From positions 122,512,001-122,576,000 of the forward strand of contig OX597818.1 in NCBI GenBank assembly GCA_951406725.2: a DNA stretch of 64,000 nt, given 5' to 3'. A program made the translations under genes and the position numbers. This DNA comes from Octopus vulgaris. Lineage: Eukaryota. Position 1 is the stretch's first letter. The number at the start of each line of letters is the position of its first letter. Positions 27,085 through 40,548 of this stretch are shown piece by piece. Below the pieces are notes generated by a model that made no database searches, was not told the DNA's origin, and saw nothing but the letters and a program-made list of their open reading frames with translations.

Positions 27085-27315
27085 ATCGACGACGACGACG
27101 ACGAGGATGATGATGATGGCAGTGATGATGATGGTGGTGATGATGATGATTACCATTACACCCAACACCCCAATTCCAGTCATCATTGTCATTAGCAGCG
27201 TTGTCGTCCTTATCATCATCATCGTCGTCGTCGTCGTCGTCATCGTTGTCGTCGTCATTGTCGTCGTCGACATCAGTATTAACCTCACAAACACCACCAT
27301 CATTACCACTCCGAT

Positions 27316-27383
<68 letters not shown>

Positions 27384-27790
27384 TAGCGATATCATATATA
27401 CTGACTTTACTATCAACACATACACTACAGCATAATCCCCAGTAGCCCCACCAACTTCATTAACACCAACCCCTATCATATTCATTATCATCATCATCAC
27501 CGCCATTCTCCCCTTTTCTTTTTTCCTCCTGCTCCTTTTACTCCATTTTCATCTCATCATCTTTATCATAGACATCATCATCATCACTTTCATCATCATC
27601 ACCATCATCATCATAACCATCATCATTTCTATCCCCTCCAAACAAAACCATCACTACAATTATCATAGTCATTGCGATCATCTTCACCGTCATCATCATC
27701 ATCATCATCATCATCATCAACATTATCTTTATCACCATCTTTACCATCTTTTTGATCGTAATCGTTACCATCGCACCACCACAATTATAA
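27085..27790. repeat. (GAT)/(CAT)/(CGT) trinucleotide low-complexity region
   Basis: Pure (ATC)n at 27318-27378 within degenerate tracts. Confidence 0.9.
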
Positions 27791-28474
27791 CAAGGTAATT
27801 AAAGTAACAACAATACACACATCAATATATATAAGACTTTAGTTAGAAAAACAACTATAACTATTTCTTTTTAACAACAGCACCTAATGTGCAGCTCATT
27901 AGCAGTTGTTGCACAACCAACAACTTAATTATCATGAACTCACTGTCATCAGCAATAGCGCCAACAGTGGCACCAGCCGTAGCTTCAACAGAAGTAAGAG
28001 AAGCAAGAACATCTCGTGACAAAAAACATGTGAAGCAACGAAAACCAGCAGCATAAAAAGCTACAGAAACACACCTCAGTTTATATCATTAATGTTAGTA
28101 TTTCGATATTGCAACTTCTATTAGAAGGTAATTGGTAAAATCAGGTTCCATCTGCCAATTTTCGTAATGAATCTGGCACGTTTGAACGTTATCCTATAAC
28201 AAAATGATCAAACTGTATTGGAAATGGTAATAATAATCGACAGAACGTGATGTATTAAAACAGAAGGGAGAATTTTCAAACCTGAAATATAATAGACTCT
28301 TACGTAGTTTGTTGTATTTTGTCTTATCCGCACTGTTGGAATTGTCGATAATTCTATCAAAGAACAATTGTAGCTGTATAAAAGTATGTTAATATAAAAT
28401 AAGGAAAGCTACACACACACGCATATACATACATACATACACACATACATACATACATACATACATACATACAT

Positions 28475-28561
<87 letters not shown>

Positions 28562-28699
28562 GGAATATAACTCCAAACTTTGAGATCTAATTATATGTTT
28601 TATAAAAATATATTTTATTTGTTATTTATGTTTTGGTTTATGTCTATCACTATTTGAGTTGCATAATAGTGGTTTTATTCCTAATTTATATTATATATA

Positions 28700-28885
28700 T
28701 ATAAAGTTAATCCAAGCATGAAAACACAACAACGCCAGGATGTGGAAGAAGTATAGTGTTTTGGACGCTCAAGAAAGGAAAGAAAGGTGGATTAAACTTT
28801 TCGATCGGAGCTCTTCGTCAGAAACATAGGAAAAAGAAAGATCCAAGGAAGGGAAGACGGAGGAAAAAAAGCGCCAACGATACAC
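28700..28885 (-). mobile_element. Hammerhead-bearing element, family P1
   Basis: GTTT-CTGACGA-AGAGCTCCGATC-GAAA at 28791-28825 on the minus strand. Confidence 0.75.
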
Positions 28886-28903
28886 ACGCGTTAACACACA
28901 CAC

Positions 28904-29001
<98 letters not shown>

Positions 29002-29341
29002 TGCCCGAAACGGTCGCGACTTCTGGTACTTTACTGAAGAAAGAAAGCCACGAATGACGCGTCTTTTTTGACTGTCCTTATAATTTTGTTTCTCTTATCC
29101 ACCTTTGTGTGTTCTGCCTCTCTGAATGTTTATTGTCCTCCATTGCGTTTTTGTTGCAGGAGTGGCTGTGTGATAAGTAGCTTGCTTAGCAACCACATGG
29201 TCCCGGGTTCATTCCCACTGCGTGGCACCGTGGGCACGTGTCTTCTACTATAGACTCGGGGCGACCAAACCTTATGAGTGTATTTGGTAGACGGAAACTG
29301 AAAGAAGCCCGTAATATATGTATATATATGTATATGTGTGT

Positions 29342-29760
<419 letters not shown>

Positions 29761-29768
29761 ATATAATG

Positions 29769-29850
<82 letters not shown>

Positions 29851-30217
29851 TGATAATAATAATAATAATAACAACAGGCATTTTTCGACTGGGGACGAAT
29901 TGAATTCAGCTGGCGTGTGTGGAAATGAAGCATTATGGCAGAGAGAAGAATATCGATGTGGCAGTGACCACGGTGAGGTGCAAAAGGGCTAGCAGGCTGG
30001 CCTATGGGTCACGTGAGAAGCGAAGAGAGAGAAAAAGAGAAACAAAAGATTTAAGGAGGGGGTGGAGAAGAGAGAGAGAGCGAGAGAGTTGTAAAAGCAG
30101 ATAGACAGAAGAATAAAAGTACTAAGTTTACAAAGAATAAGATCTGGGGCCGATTTGATCGACTAAAAGAGGCACTGCTCCAGCATGGCCGCAGTCAAAT
30201 GCCTGAAACAAGTAAAA

Positions 30218-30264
<47 letters not shown>

Positions 30265-30360
30265 TAGTCGGATGTGCAATCTATATGGGTGACTTTTCAG
30301 AACATTGGTTTAAAAGGCCACATCAAATGCCATGATGGTGCTAAGGTGTAGGTACAGGGA

Positions 30361-30591
30361 AAGGCGGTGAGCTGGCAGAAACGTTAGCACGCCGAATGAA
30401 ATGCTTAGCGGTATTTCGTCTGCCGTTACGTTGTGAGTTCAAATTCCGCCGAGGTTGACTTTGCCTTTCATCCTTTCGGGGTCGATAAATTAAGTATCAG
30501 TTCCGCACTGAGGTCGATGTAATCGACTTAATACCTATGTCTGTCCTTGTTTGTCCCCTCTATGTTTAGCCCCTGGTGGGTAATAAAGAAA
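30361..30591 (+). mobile_element. SINE family A, tail type 1, full length
   Basis: A-box tggcagaaacgttag, B-box gagttcaaattcc, core gcctttcatcctttcggggtcgataaattaagta (resembles the Meta-SINE domain, from memory). TSD taggtacag at 30349-30357 and 30592-30600. Confidence 0.93.
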
Positions 30592-31038
30592 TAGGTACAG
30601 AAGTTTGTCAAACTCTGCATAAGGAGTAGACAACCACCATATATGGTTATATGACTTTAACTACATAAATGATATAGGAGCAGGAATTATATGTGATAAA
30701 CTTCATTAGCTCAAAGTTGCTTCTGCTATAGATGCAGTGCACGCATTTTAGAAGCTCCGAGGAAGATATAAGGTGATGCACAAGCACTTAGGTCTGAGTG
30801 CACTGCATTTTCTAGCTGAAACAGAAGTAAGCTAATGAGGTTTTAAACATAATTCTTCACATTTTAAAATTTCATATTTCGCTCTGTGAAACATATACAT
30901 TTATTGAGTTCAAACACTAGTTTATAAGTATGCGTAAGTGAGATCTTAATACATACATACATAAATAGTAAAACATACACGCACATGTATATATATGGAT
31001 ATGTAGTTCAAATTAACAGAAAACACATTTCATACTTG

Positions 31039-31345
31039 TGGAGGTACATGGCCTGGTGGTTAGAGCAGCGGACTCGTGGTCGAAGGACGCGAGTTTAAAT
31101 TTCAGACCGGGCGATGTTAATGTTTATGGGCGAAACATCTAAGCTCTCCGCGGTTCTGGCAGAAGGGAGTAGTGAACTTCTGCCGACTCTTTCACCACAA
31201 CTTTCTCACACTCTTCCCCCTTGCATCTAACAGCTCACCTGCGACGAACCGGCGTCCAGTCCAGGTGGCAAACGTATACCCCAATGAAACCGGGGAACCG
31301 ACCCTTCTCAGCCAACCATGGCTGGAGAAGGAACAAACAATAACT
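31039..31345 (+). mobile_element. SINE with family-B head and a third 3' module
   Basis: Family-B head and ctctttcaccacaactttctc linker, then ctgcgacgaaccggcgtccagtccagg...gaaaccgggga. Confidence 0.8.
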
Positions 31346-31449
31346 TATATAACTTTCAAACTTACCAAAATTCGAAGCTGGCATCATTGATCTATTTTGT
31401 CTAGATATTTGAGGTCGCGTTTCTTTTACGTACCAATACGCATCAATTA

Positions 31450-31950
<501 letters not shown>

Positions 31951-31959
31951 TATCTAACA

Positions 31960-32410
31960 TCAGGATACAACTATTAACTTAGATGCTAAGAACTTTCCTA
32001 AGTATGCTAGCAACCCCTAATAAAACTGTTTTCTGGAGCTGTACCAGACTAGTTTTATGCCTATTTTCTCTATCCATCTGTCCAAATCTTTAGGAATAGT
32101 TTTTAATTCATCCATAAATACAAGAATGAATTTTACCCGTACTTTCCATAACCTCTGTAACTCAATGGCTAGGTGCTGGTACTTTACTATTTTTTCTATA
32201 CCGTTCATACTGACTTTCTTATCATTTGGGACTGTAAAGTGAATTACCTAGTATTTTCTATTCTCTGTGTGTACTACTACTAATTTAGGCCTTCTCGTCG
32301 CTATTACTCTGTCAATCGGAATGTAAAATTCCAGCAACAAGTTATGTTTCTTACTTTCTAGCCCTTCATTAGATTCCTATTCATACCACTTTTCAGTATG
32401 GTCAAAACAT
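31960..32410 (-). mobile_element. R4/Dong-type RLE LINE 3' fragment
   Basis: EKIVKYQHLAIELQRLWKVRV...QKTVLLGVASILRKVLSI*. Confidence 0.85.
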
Positions 32411-32599
32411 TCTGGGGGTCCCCACAAGCAGCCCTAGGAAGTCTCCCTCTTTTGGGGAATTATTCATTGTTATAATTTTATATGATTACTGTTTTTTTTT
32501 ACGTTTTACACGCCTTTTATGTAACCCCACATTGTATTGTCCTGTATCGTTACCAATGTTTTTGCGCGAACCCTCAGTGGTTAATTAAGAATGCAAAAC

Positions 32600-32840
32600 G
32601 ATAATATCATTATTAGTATTCTTTTTAACTCGGGTTCATCTTGCATTCGTAGAGGGCTTGCTCCCTGCAGCTTACATTACTATGCCATCTGTTCTTTTCA
32701 ACTATCTAATACTTAACTGATTATTCTGGCCGTACCAAGGAGGCAAACTGTTTGTAGTAGTTCTACTGGGTACTCTATTCCGGTTTGCTTTATATTCCTC
32801 TTGATGCTTTCTAATACTGTTCCCAAGAACCCCGCAAATT
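32600..32840 (-). mobile_element. R4/Dong-type RLE LINE 3' fragment adjoining (TAA)n/(TAG)n at 32840-32970
   Basis: VLGTVLESIKRNIKQTGIEYPVELLQTVCLLGTARII. Confidence 0.75.
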
Positions 32841-32844
32841 ATTA

Positions 32845-32970
<126 letters not shown>

Positions 32971-33448
32971 TTTTCTATTCTAGGCACAAGCAAGGTCCGA
33001 AATTTTAGAGGATGGGGGCAGTCAATTAGATCGACCCCTGCACGCAACTGGTACTTATTTCATCGACCCCGAAAGGATGAAAGGCAAAGCCGACCTCGAC
33101 AGAATTTGAACTAAGAACGGAAGTAGTAGAAGTAATATTATTATTTCAAAATGTTTTGTATTTCTCTTTATGACGAAATTTGCCACAATCGATTATCTAA
33201 CGCAGAAACACGTGTAAGAGATGAAAGAAAGGAACACTAAACTCATATTTTATGTTTTTCTTTCACGAATAATGTGCTCTTTACATTACTGGTGGCATCG
33301 AACCCAGTAGGATCATGGGGCACAAGGTGTTTCACAAGAATAATGTTAAGAGCCGCAGCCAATACGATAACATAGTTACGCACGTAGCACAACCATTTCC
33401 GCTTATACACATACATACACACACATGAACATACATATAAACAAATAT

Positions 33449-34021
33449 CACTTTGATCACTTTGACCGACCAGTCCGTCAGGCGTCCATTTGACACCGCT
33501 GGTCACAGCACGCTGTCCACTCCTCTCTGGATCGCGCCTTTCTCATCCACGTGATCCCAATCGTCCTCTTGAAATCGTCACTCAACCGTCGTGGAGGTCT
33601 TCCGGGTGGTCTTTTCCGCTAACGCGGTTACCACTCGACAGCTGCGTGCGTCAACCGATTATCGGTGAGCCGGGCGACGTGTCCAGCCCATCTATACTTG
33701 CTGCGAGTATACTCTGCGATGACATCTCTCACGCCGGACTTCTTTCTGATGATCTTGCTATTTATGTGCTCTCTCAACGAGATACCAAGCATTGACCTTT
33801 CCATGGCTCTTTGAGCCGTTATCAGTCTTTGCTCTTCTCTCTTTGTGGTAGCCCATGTTTCACTACCATATAACATTGCAGGCAGAACTGCACTGTTAAT
33901 GAGGTTGGTGCGGGATATCAAAAAGGAGACCTCACGGAGAGTAAGGGCCGGATGGAAGGCGTTCAATGGCATAAGGGATGTGCTCAAGGGAAGGTTGGAC
34001 AGGACCACCCGCGCCAACCTC
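33449..34021 (-). mobile_element. 5'-inverted RTE LINE insertion (twin priming)
   Basis: Minus 33910->33449: NSAVLPAMLYGSETW...RWAGHVAR plus tail. Plus 33914-34027: the upstream DIKKETSRRVRAGWKAF...RANLIN. TSD ataaacaaatat at 33437-33448 and 34022-34033. Confidence 0.92.
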
Positions 34022-34434
34022 ATAAACAAATATACATAGTAATATACTTACATTCAGTCATCATCCTAAGTAAATAATTTCCTAGTAAGTTTATCTCACA
34101 GAAGTCTAGCTTGAGAATATCGATCATAATGAAATACCAAGCAGACAATTTCTACATTTTACGTGCCTGCAAGGTGTTTAAGAAAATTGTTTTACACCAT
34201 TGAAATATCTAAATATGTTGGCTTAAAAACAACTGGCTTTACACTAGAAATTAAGTGTTGAAGACTGCTTAAAGTAAGTTATTGCAGGAATGTGGCGACA
34301 AGTCGAATATGAAATTATTTCGTTGGTTTACGGTTATATTTTTCGAGAGAAATAAAAACTGCTGGTTATTAGATTAACTTCAGTATTTTACTGAAATCAT
34401 CGATCTGGGAAAAAAGATAGTTAAATAAAAAAAT

Positions 34435-34517
<83 letters not shown>

Positions 34518-34530
34518 TTATGTATGCATA

Positions 34531-34572
<42 letters not shown>

Positions 34573-34601
34573 GTATGTATATATGTATGCATGCATGTAT
34601 G

Positions 34602-34678
<77 letters not shown>

Positions 34679-35133
34679 GAGTATGTTTATATATATGTAT
34701 GTGTGTGTGTGTGTAGTGACAAACTTACAAGCACATGCATACCGAGACATACATACACGCACACTCATAACATAATCAAGCACGCACGTACCCACACGCA
34801 CACACATACACTCACACACGGATATACACATACACACAAACACGCACGCACCACAAACACTATTTTCAGTCAAGGATGTTCAGTTTCTTTTATTCATTGT
34901 TTTTTTTTTTTTTGTTTTCTAAACATGTTATTAATTTAGTAGCCGTTGCTGTATTTAACATTATTTGTTCATGTTTTAATAAATTCAACAATGTGAGAGA
35001 CTGGAGGTGAAAACATAAGACTTCCAGGAGGTTAAAGCGTTGTTAATTCAGTTACTTATTGGCTACAGAAACTCGGTTACAGCTGGACTCGTAAGTCCTT
35101 GAACTCTTGATATACAAAAGTCCAAGTAATCTC

Positions 35134-35318
35134 TATCGGTGAGCCGGGCGACGTGTCCAGCCCATCTATACTTGCTGCGAGTATACTCTGCGATGACATC
35201 TCTCACGCCGGACGTCTTTCTGATGATCTTGCTATTTATGTGCTCTCTCAACGAGATACCAAGCATTGATCTTTCCATGGCTCTTTGAACCGTTATCAGT
35301 CTTTGCTCTTCTCTCTTG
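35134..35318 (-). mobile_element. Internal RTE fragment, near-identical to 33660-33843
   Basis: MERSMLGISLREHINSKIIRKTSGVRDVIAEYTRSKYRWAGHVARLTD. Confidence 0.9.
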
Positions 35319-36610
35319 CGGTTTTTGACAACAGATAGGGCGTCTCACAAGTGGCCATATGTTCTTCCACAAAAAGCAGAAGAGCTGCCTCTCCGGCTTG
35401 ATTAACCACGAATTCGAGCAAGGTGGTAGGTAATGGCCGATGCGATAAATACATTGGCCACCTCCGCCCTCCCTTTCAGGGACAGCTACCGCCAAGACCA
35501 GGTCTTAACTACGGAGGTCACCCTCCCCGAAACCTCAGCCCAGTTCTTCTCTACCTGCAGATCTAGTCTAAACCAGACCCTACCAACTTAAGCGGTCCCT
35601 CCGTCCAGCGTACATCGCCGTTATCTGAAGGCATCGACTTGCCCCTCCATGTGCCGGGTTGCAAGCCGACTGATATTTGCAGGGTTAATCTTTGCTCCTG
35701 CCACCATCTTGTAAATCTCAATAGTCTTGCCTACTTCATGTAGGCGTGCCATTGTGGTCACGCTGATAGTGATGTTATCCGCATAAGCTGAAACAAATTC
35801 CTCATATCCTGGCTCTCTCGGCATGCCACTCAACCTTCGCAGTAGTGGCTTGAGAGCCCCCACATACAAAAGTGGTGAGAGCGGACATCCTTGGTGAACC
35901 GAGCGTTTGATGCAGAACCGCTTTGAGAGAAAACCGTTCACCCGAACTATCGAGTCAATGCTGTGATACAACTGAATGATCCATCTAAGGAAGCAAAGAC
36001 CTAGGCCAAACTGCGCAAGAACAGTCACCAGGTACCGATGGTCAACCCTATCGAAAGCTTTAGATTGGTCTAAATGTACCAATTCCCCACCTCTGCGCGA
36101 TTTATCCACAAACCTCTCTAAGGTATAGCGTATGAGGTGGAGATTATTCTGAATGGTTCTGCCAGGAATGGCACATGTCTGTGCCACCCCCCACGATCAG
36201 ACCATCCGCAACACGCGCCAACCCTTTTGCCAATACCTTGGCCAAAATCTTCACTTCTGCATTTAACGAGTGATAGGCCCGAAATTATCTAAACATTCCC
36301 CGTTGTCCGGGCCCTTTCTGACTAGTGTCACCACTCCCTGACGTACAGATCTGAGGATAAACCCATTCTCTTGCCAGTTAGGTGGCCTAACATGTCGGGC
36401 ATGCGCTTATATAGCTCGTAGGGAAGACCATCCAGTACCGGCGACCTACCCACGCCACAGCCGTCATCTTCTCAAGCGTGATCAAACCTTCACAAGACTC
36501 TGCATTCGGCCCTGAGAGGCGCGGCAGCCGCGCAAACCTTCAAGGTTTCCCCTACTACCCGGCCCGCCGCCACCCCATAACAGCCGGGCAAAGTACTCCT
36601 GAAAGGCCTA
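35319..36610 (-). pseudogene. Tx1/L1-clade ORF2 reverse transcriptase fragment
   Basis: RSPVLDGLPYELY, QTCAIPGRTIQNNL, LDQSKAFDRVDH, SVHQGCPLSPLLY, AYADNITI; ends at RRPICCQK. Confidence 0.92.
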
Positions 36611-37336
36611 TCTCAATTTTCTCGGGAATCGCTTCAATTGTTTTAGGTTCCACCTGAATGAGGGGATTGACTGTTTGATCGGTACAGTTAGCTTTTTCAG
36701 TGATAGTAGCCAGCCTGGAGGAGAGTAATTTTCTCCTCCTAGTTGATTAAGACTGCTGCCACCAACGACATAGGATCCACTTCCCGTGGGACCCTTGTGA
36801 TTTTAATTCTGGACGTTCTCATCCCATATAGATAGGGATGAGCGCCACGTCTTTCATCTTCAGCGTTTCTACTGAATGCCTTTGTGCTATTTTTTTGTTG
36901 GTAAACCTTCTAGCGTTCTGAATTTCTTGTCTCTTGTCAGATAAACCACGTCGCTCCAGGGTGGCTTTAGGCACTTCTCTATCTTCTGTAATTTTCTCAC
37001 TTTTTTCTTTTTCCAAACAGTATATTTTGAATATGATCGTTTTCTGTTTTACTTCTAAAAATATTTTCCTGCTGGTTGTATTTTAACCACATTATCCTTT
37101 ATTTGTATCAGTGCACTGTATTTCTTGAAATCACACGTGTTCGTCGAAAGCAGTCGGGTTCTACACCTGGCTGCCGACGCAGAACTATTCTTTCTTTCTT
37201 TAGGTTCTTCGACTTGAATGCTAGCTGCATCAGCTATTCTTTTAGACACAATACTTTTGTATTTTGGCAAACTCGAAAATTCTTCTTGTGAAAGCTCTAA
37301 CGAGCTTTCTGACACATCTCCAAATAATTCAAACAT
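36611..37336 (-). pseudogene. Tx1-like ORF1, N-terminal two thirds
   Basis: MFELFGDVSE...LKMKDVALIPIYMG..RTSRIKITRVPREVD..LVAAVL...IPEKIEI, homologous to the 40549 ORF. Confidence 0.75.
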
Positions 37337-37570
37337 CTTATAATTCTTCCTCCCAACGGGTGAATAAAAAATTTATTTATCAGTAGTTGGCTCCTCGCCA
37401 GACGACATGTAATTCTTCCTTTAAGGGGAAACAACCATTTATGTTTCAATGTTAGTCTCCTCGCCAGGCGACAGTCTCAACCCCCCACCCCTGCCAACGG
37501 GGTAATGCGTACTTTCTACAAGCACTTAGTGTTTTCTAATGAAAACTTCAACAGTTGTTAACAAATTCAG

Positions 37571-38293
37571 CAGGTCTTTTCGGCTTGAACGGCAGTTTTT
37601 TCTAGCGATGTCATATGAAATTGTCACCCATAATTATGACCCTATTATCGATCTATTGCATTTCAATCTGTTTTAGGGTTACGGTTAGGGGTGGGGGGAA
37701 GGGTATCTTTTTTCTTCACAAATGTAAATAAACCCAATCTGTTTCTTAAACGAGGGACATATTCATACGGCACATAATGTTTTTTTACCTCAATACACGA
37801 CATTGATTGGTTGAAATTGCAGAAATTGAAGAAAAAAAACGTGGCTGTGTGATAAGTAGTTTGCTAACCAACCACATGATTCCGGGTTCAGTCCCACTGC
37901 GTGGCATCTTGGGAAAGTGTCTTCTGCTATAGCCTCGGGCCGACCAAAGCCTTGTGAGTGGATTTGGTAGACGGAAACTGAAAGAAGCCTGTCGTATATA
38001 TGTATACATATATATATGTATATGTGTGTATATGTTTGTGTGTCTGTGTTTGTCCCTCTAGCATTGCTTGACAACCGATGCTGGTGTGTTTACGTCCCCG
38101 CCACCTAGCGGTTCGGCAAAAGAGACCGATAGAATAAGTAAAAGAATAAGCATCTTACAAACTATAGAAGTTTCTCAATAAAGCCAAGAGAAAAGGATGT
38201 TTTATAAACATATTGTATCAGTATACGAAGTTTAAAATTTTTTAGTTACCTAGAAATTATGTTAAAAGCTGCCGTTCAAACCGAAAAGATCTG
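37571..38293. mobile_element. Non-autonomous TIR DNA transposon (MITE) interrupted by SINE C (37840-38150)
   Basis: caggtcttttcggcttgaacggcagttttt (37571-37600) versus the reverse complement of 38264-38293: 27/30 identical. Internal ttagggttacggttaggg. Confidence 0.85.
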
Positions 38294-38449
38294 AAACATC
38301 AGTTATTAACAATATTAACAATAAGAAATAGCAATTTTCACAACAAACGAGGAACTTACCACACGTGGTTATTCTTTTAGAAACTGTGAAAATAAGTAAA
38401 TTCTGTGACTATTGAATGAACATTTGTTAAAAACGTTTTCTTGAAAACT

Positions 38450-38700
38450 GCAAGGTGAAAACGAAAAGGGAAATCTCGGTTTCGCCTCGGAGTGGGGCTC
38501 GAAATTGTTATGTAAAATGTAAAGTTTTAAAGGAAAAGGAATTCACAGTTTTATCTCGGAGGGGGACTGAGATAGTCGTCTCATTTTCATTCTAATTTAA
38601 TTCATTTTACAGTCATCCTTTCATGTGTTTTTTGTTCCCGTATTCCTGTGTATGTCCTCTCCTGTGTTTAGGACTTTTGCATGTAATAAAGAATAACCCT
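38450..38700 (+). mobile_element. Isolated Tx1-like 3' UTR/tail
   Basis: Hairpin tatctcgg-aggggga-ctgagata, U-rich tract, then tgtcctctcctgtgtttag...aataaagaat. Confidence 0.55.
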
Positions 38701-38862
38701 CGAGCCGAACAATGCCGACGAGCGACCTGAAACCCTGAGTTGAGTGAAGGTTGTGTTTGAGTATTCGTGTAAATCGTTTTGTTGATGCTTCTTGAAAGTC
38801 TTTTGTACCTACTGTTAATTAATTGAATTGTTATTTTTGCTTAATTGTTTACTTCACCATTA

Positions 38863-39198
38863 TTAGTGGTTAGAGCGTCGAGCTTACAATTGTGAGGTTG
38901 TGAGCTCGAATCCCGGTCCGGGCTGCGTGTTGTGTTCTTGAGCAAAGCACTTTATTTTCACGTTGCTCCAGTTCACTCAGCTGTAGAAATGAGTTGCGAC
39001 GTCACATGTGCCAAGCTGTATCGACCTTTGTCTTTCCCTTGGATAACACTGGTGGCGTGGAGAGGGGAGGCTGGTATGCATGGGCGACTGCTGGTCTTCC
39101 ATAAACAACCTTGCCCGGACTTGTGTCTAGGAGGGTAACTTTCTAGGTGCAATCCTATGGTCATTCATGACCGAAGGAGGTCTTTACCCCTTTTACCC
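38863..39198 (+). mobile_element. tRNA-head SINE family D
   Basis: tagtggttagagcg, gagctcgaatccc, CORE-like tgtgttcttgagcaaagcactt, tail (tttaccc)2. Confidence 0.8.
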
Positions 39199-39214
39199 TG
39201 TAACAAACGGAAAA

Positions 39215-40500
39215 ATGGAGACCCAACCAGTCGGTAGTTATGCTGCAGCAACCGGAAAGGGTTTGACCGCGGATGTACTACAAGTGAGAGAAGTGAAATT
39301 TTAATAGAAAAGATTGAAGGAGTTTATCGAACTCATCGCAAAGGAGGGTACCAGCCTGAGGCTGACCCCGCCTAAAGGAGTGACAGAGAAGACGACGAAA
39401 AGAACAGTAGTCTATAGAATGCTGTCCACAGCAACTAAAAAGGTAGAAATAGCTAGTGGAAGCAATGGAGGAATGCCTAAGAGACATAAAGGACCTAACG
39501 ACATTTTATACCAGAGGAAAGAAGTACGGCACAGTGGAGGTTAGGTTTGCGACCGAACAGGACGCTATAAAGTACTCCACTGTGCCAGGGGGCACTTCTG
39601 CTAACCTACTGTGGAAAACGAGCGGCCAGAGTTAGGATTGGCAGAGTGCCTCCAGAGATCGATGAGGCGTGGCTAGTGGCTGCTATCCTCTTCAATACAG
39701 AGGAAGAAACAAGAATTCTCACGGTTACAAGATCAACAGAGGTAAACCATTGAGGATACGGCCTCGAAGTGACGGTCCAAGTCAGTTTGCCGGATATGCA
39801 TAAAATCACAAGAGATTGTATTGCTCGAGGATGTAAAACTGAGAGTGGTAGTGGAGAGAAGAACTCCCATCTACTACCACTGCAGAGTACGGGGGCACAT
39901 GAAAGCGAGGTGCCCCCAGAAACACGAAGAGGAAATAGAGCAAGAGCAGCAGGAAGAGGAAGAAGAACAAAGAGTTGAGGCACAAATGCAAGTTGGCGGA
40001 AAGAATACAGAAAATGTGGGAGAAAAGTATACAATAGGAAAAAGAAAGAAGAGAGAAGAAAACTTGAATTCGCCACCCAAGAGTCCGTTGAAAAGGAGAA
40101 AGAACATAGAGGAGACTCAGTGTGTAAGACCAGCCATACCAAATGGAATTAATGAAGAGAAAATAAGTGTGCAGAAAAGAAAGGAAGATAGAAGAGAGAT
40201 AGCAGCGAGTGAGAGAGATACAGAGAAGAATGAGACACCGATACCAGGAACATCAGGAGAGATTAATGATAGAAAGCTGGAAGTGATACCAAAAGGAAAA
40301 CACATTAGAACTATGATAAATTATAAAAAAAAGTGTAGAAATCGAGAAAAGAATTACAAAGATGAAACATGTAATTAGAGTTAAGTTATCGGAGAGTGAG
40401 TGTAGCGAAGGCTACAAGACAGCTTTACTTGAGAAAGAGAGAGGAAAGAGGGTGAAGGAGGTATTTGAAGATAAAACGGAATATCGCCGATACAGCAGTG
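39215..40500 (+). pseudogene. Tx1-like ORF1 (gag/CCHC), SYAAAT subtype, decayed
   Basis: METQPVGSYAAATG...YTRGKKYGTV...RVPPEIDEAWLVAAIL...YYHCRVRGHMKARCP...KMKHVIRVKLSE, read across frameshifts. Confidence 0.8.
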
Positions 40501-40548
40501 TTGCAGCGGTTTTGTTGGTGAAGCTGTCCCTCAATGGTTTGAGGAGGG

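Noticed and set aside
37388-37410. ctcctcgc resembling HDV ribozyme loop L3
   Set aside because: Flanks cannot form P3 or P1, and it is antisense to the element.
37671-37690. ttagggttacggttaggg telomere-like motif
   Set aside because: Only three degenerate units, internal to a MITE; not an interstitial telomere array.
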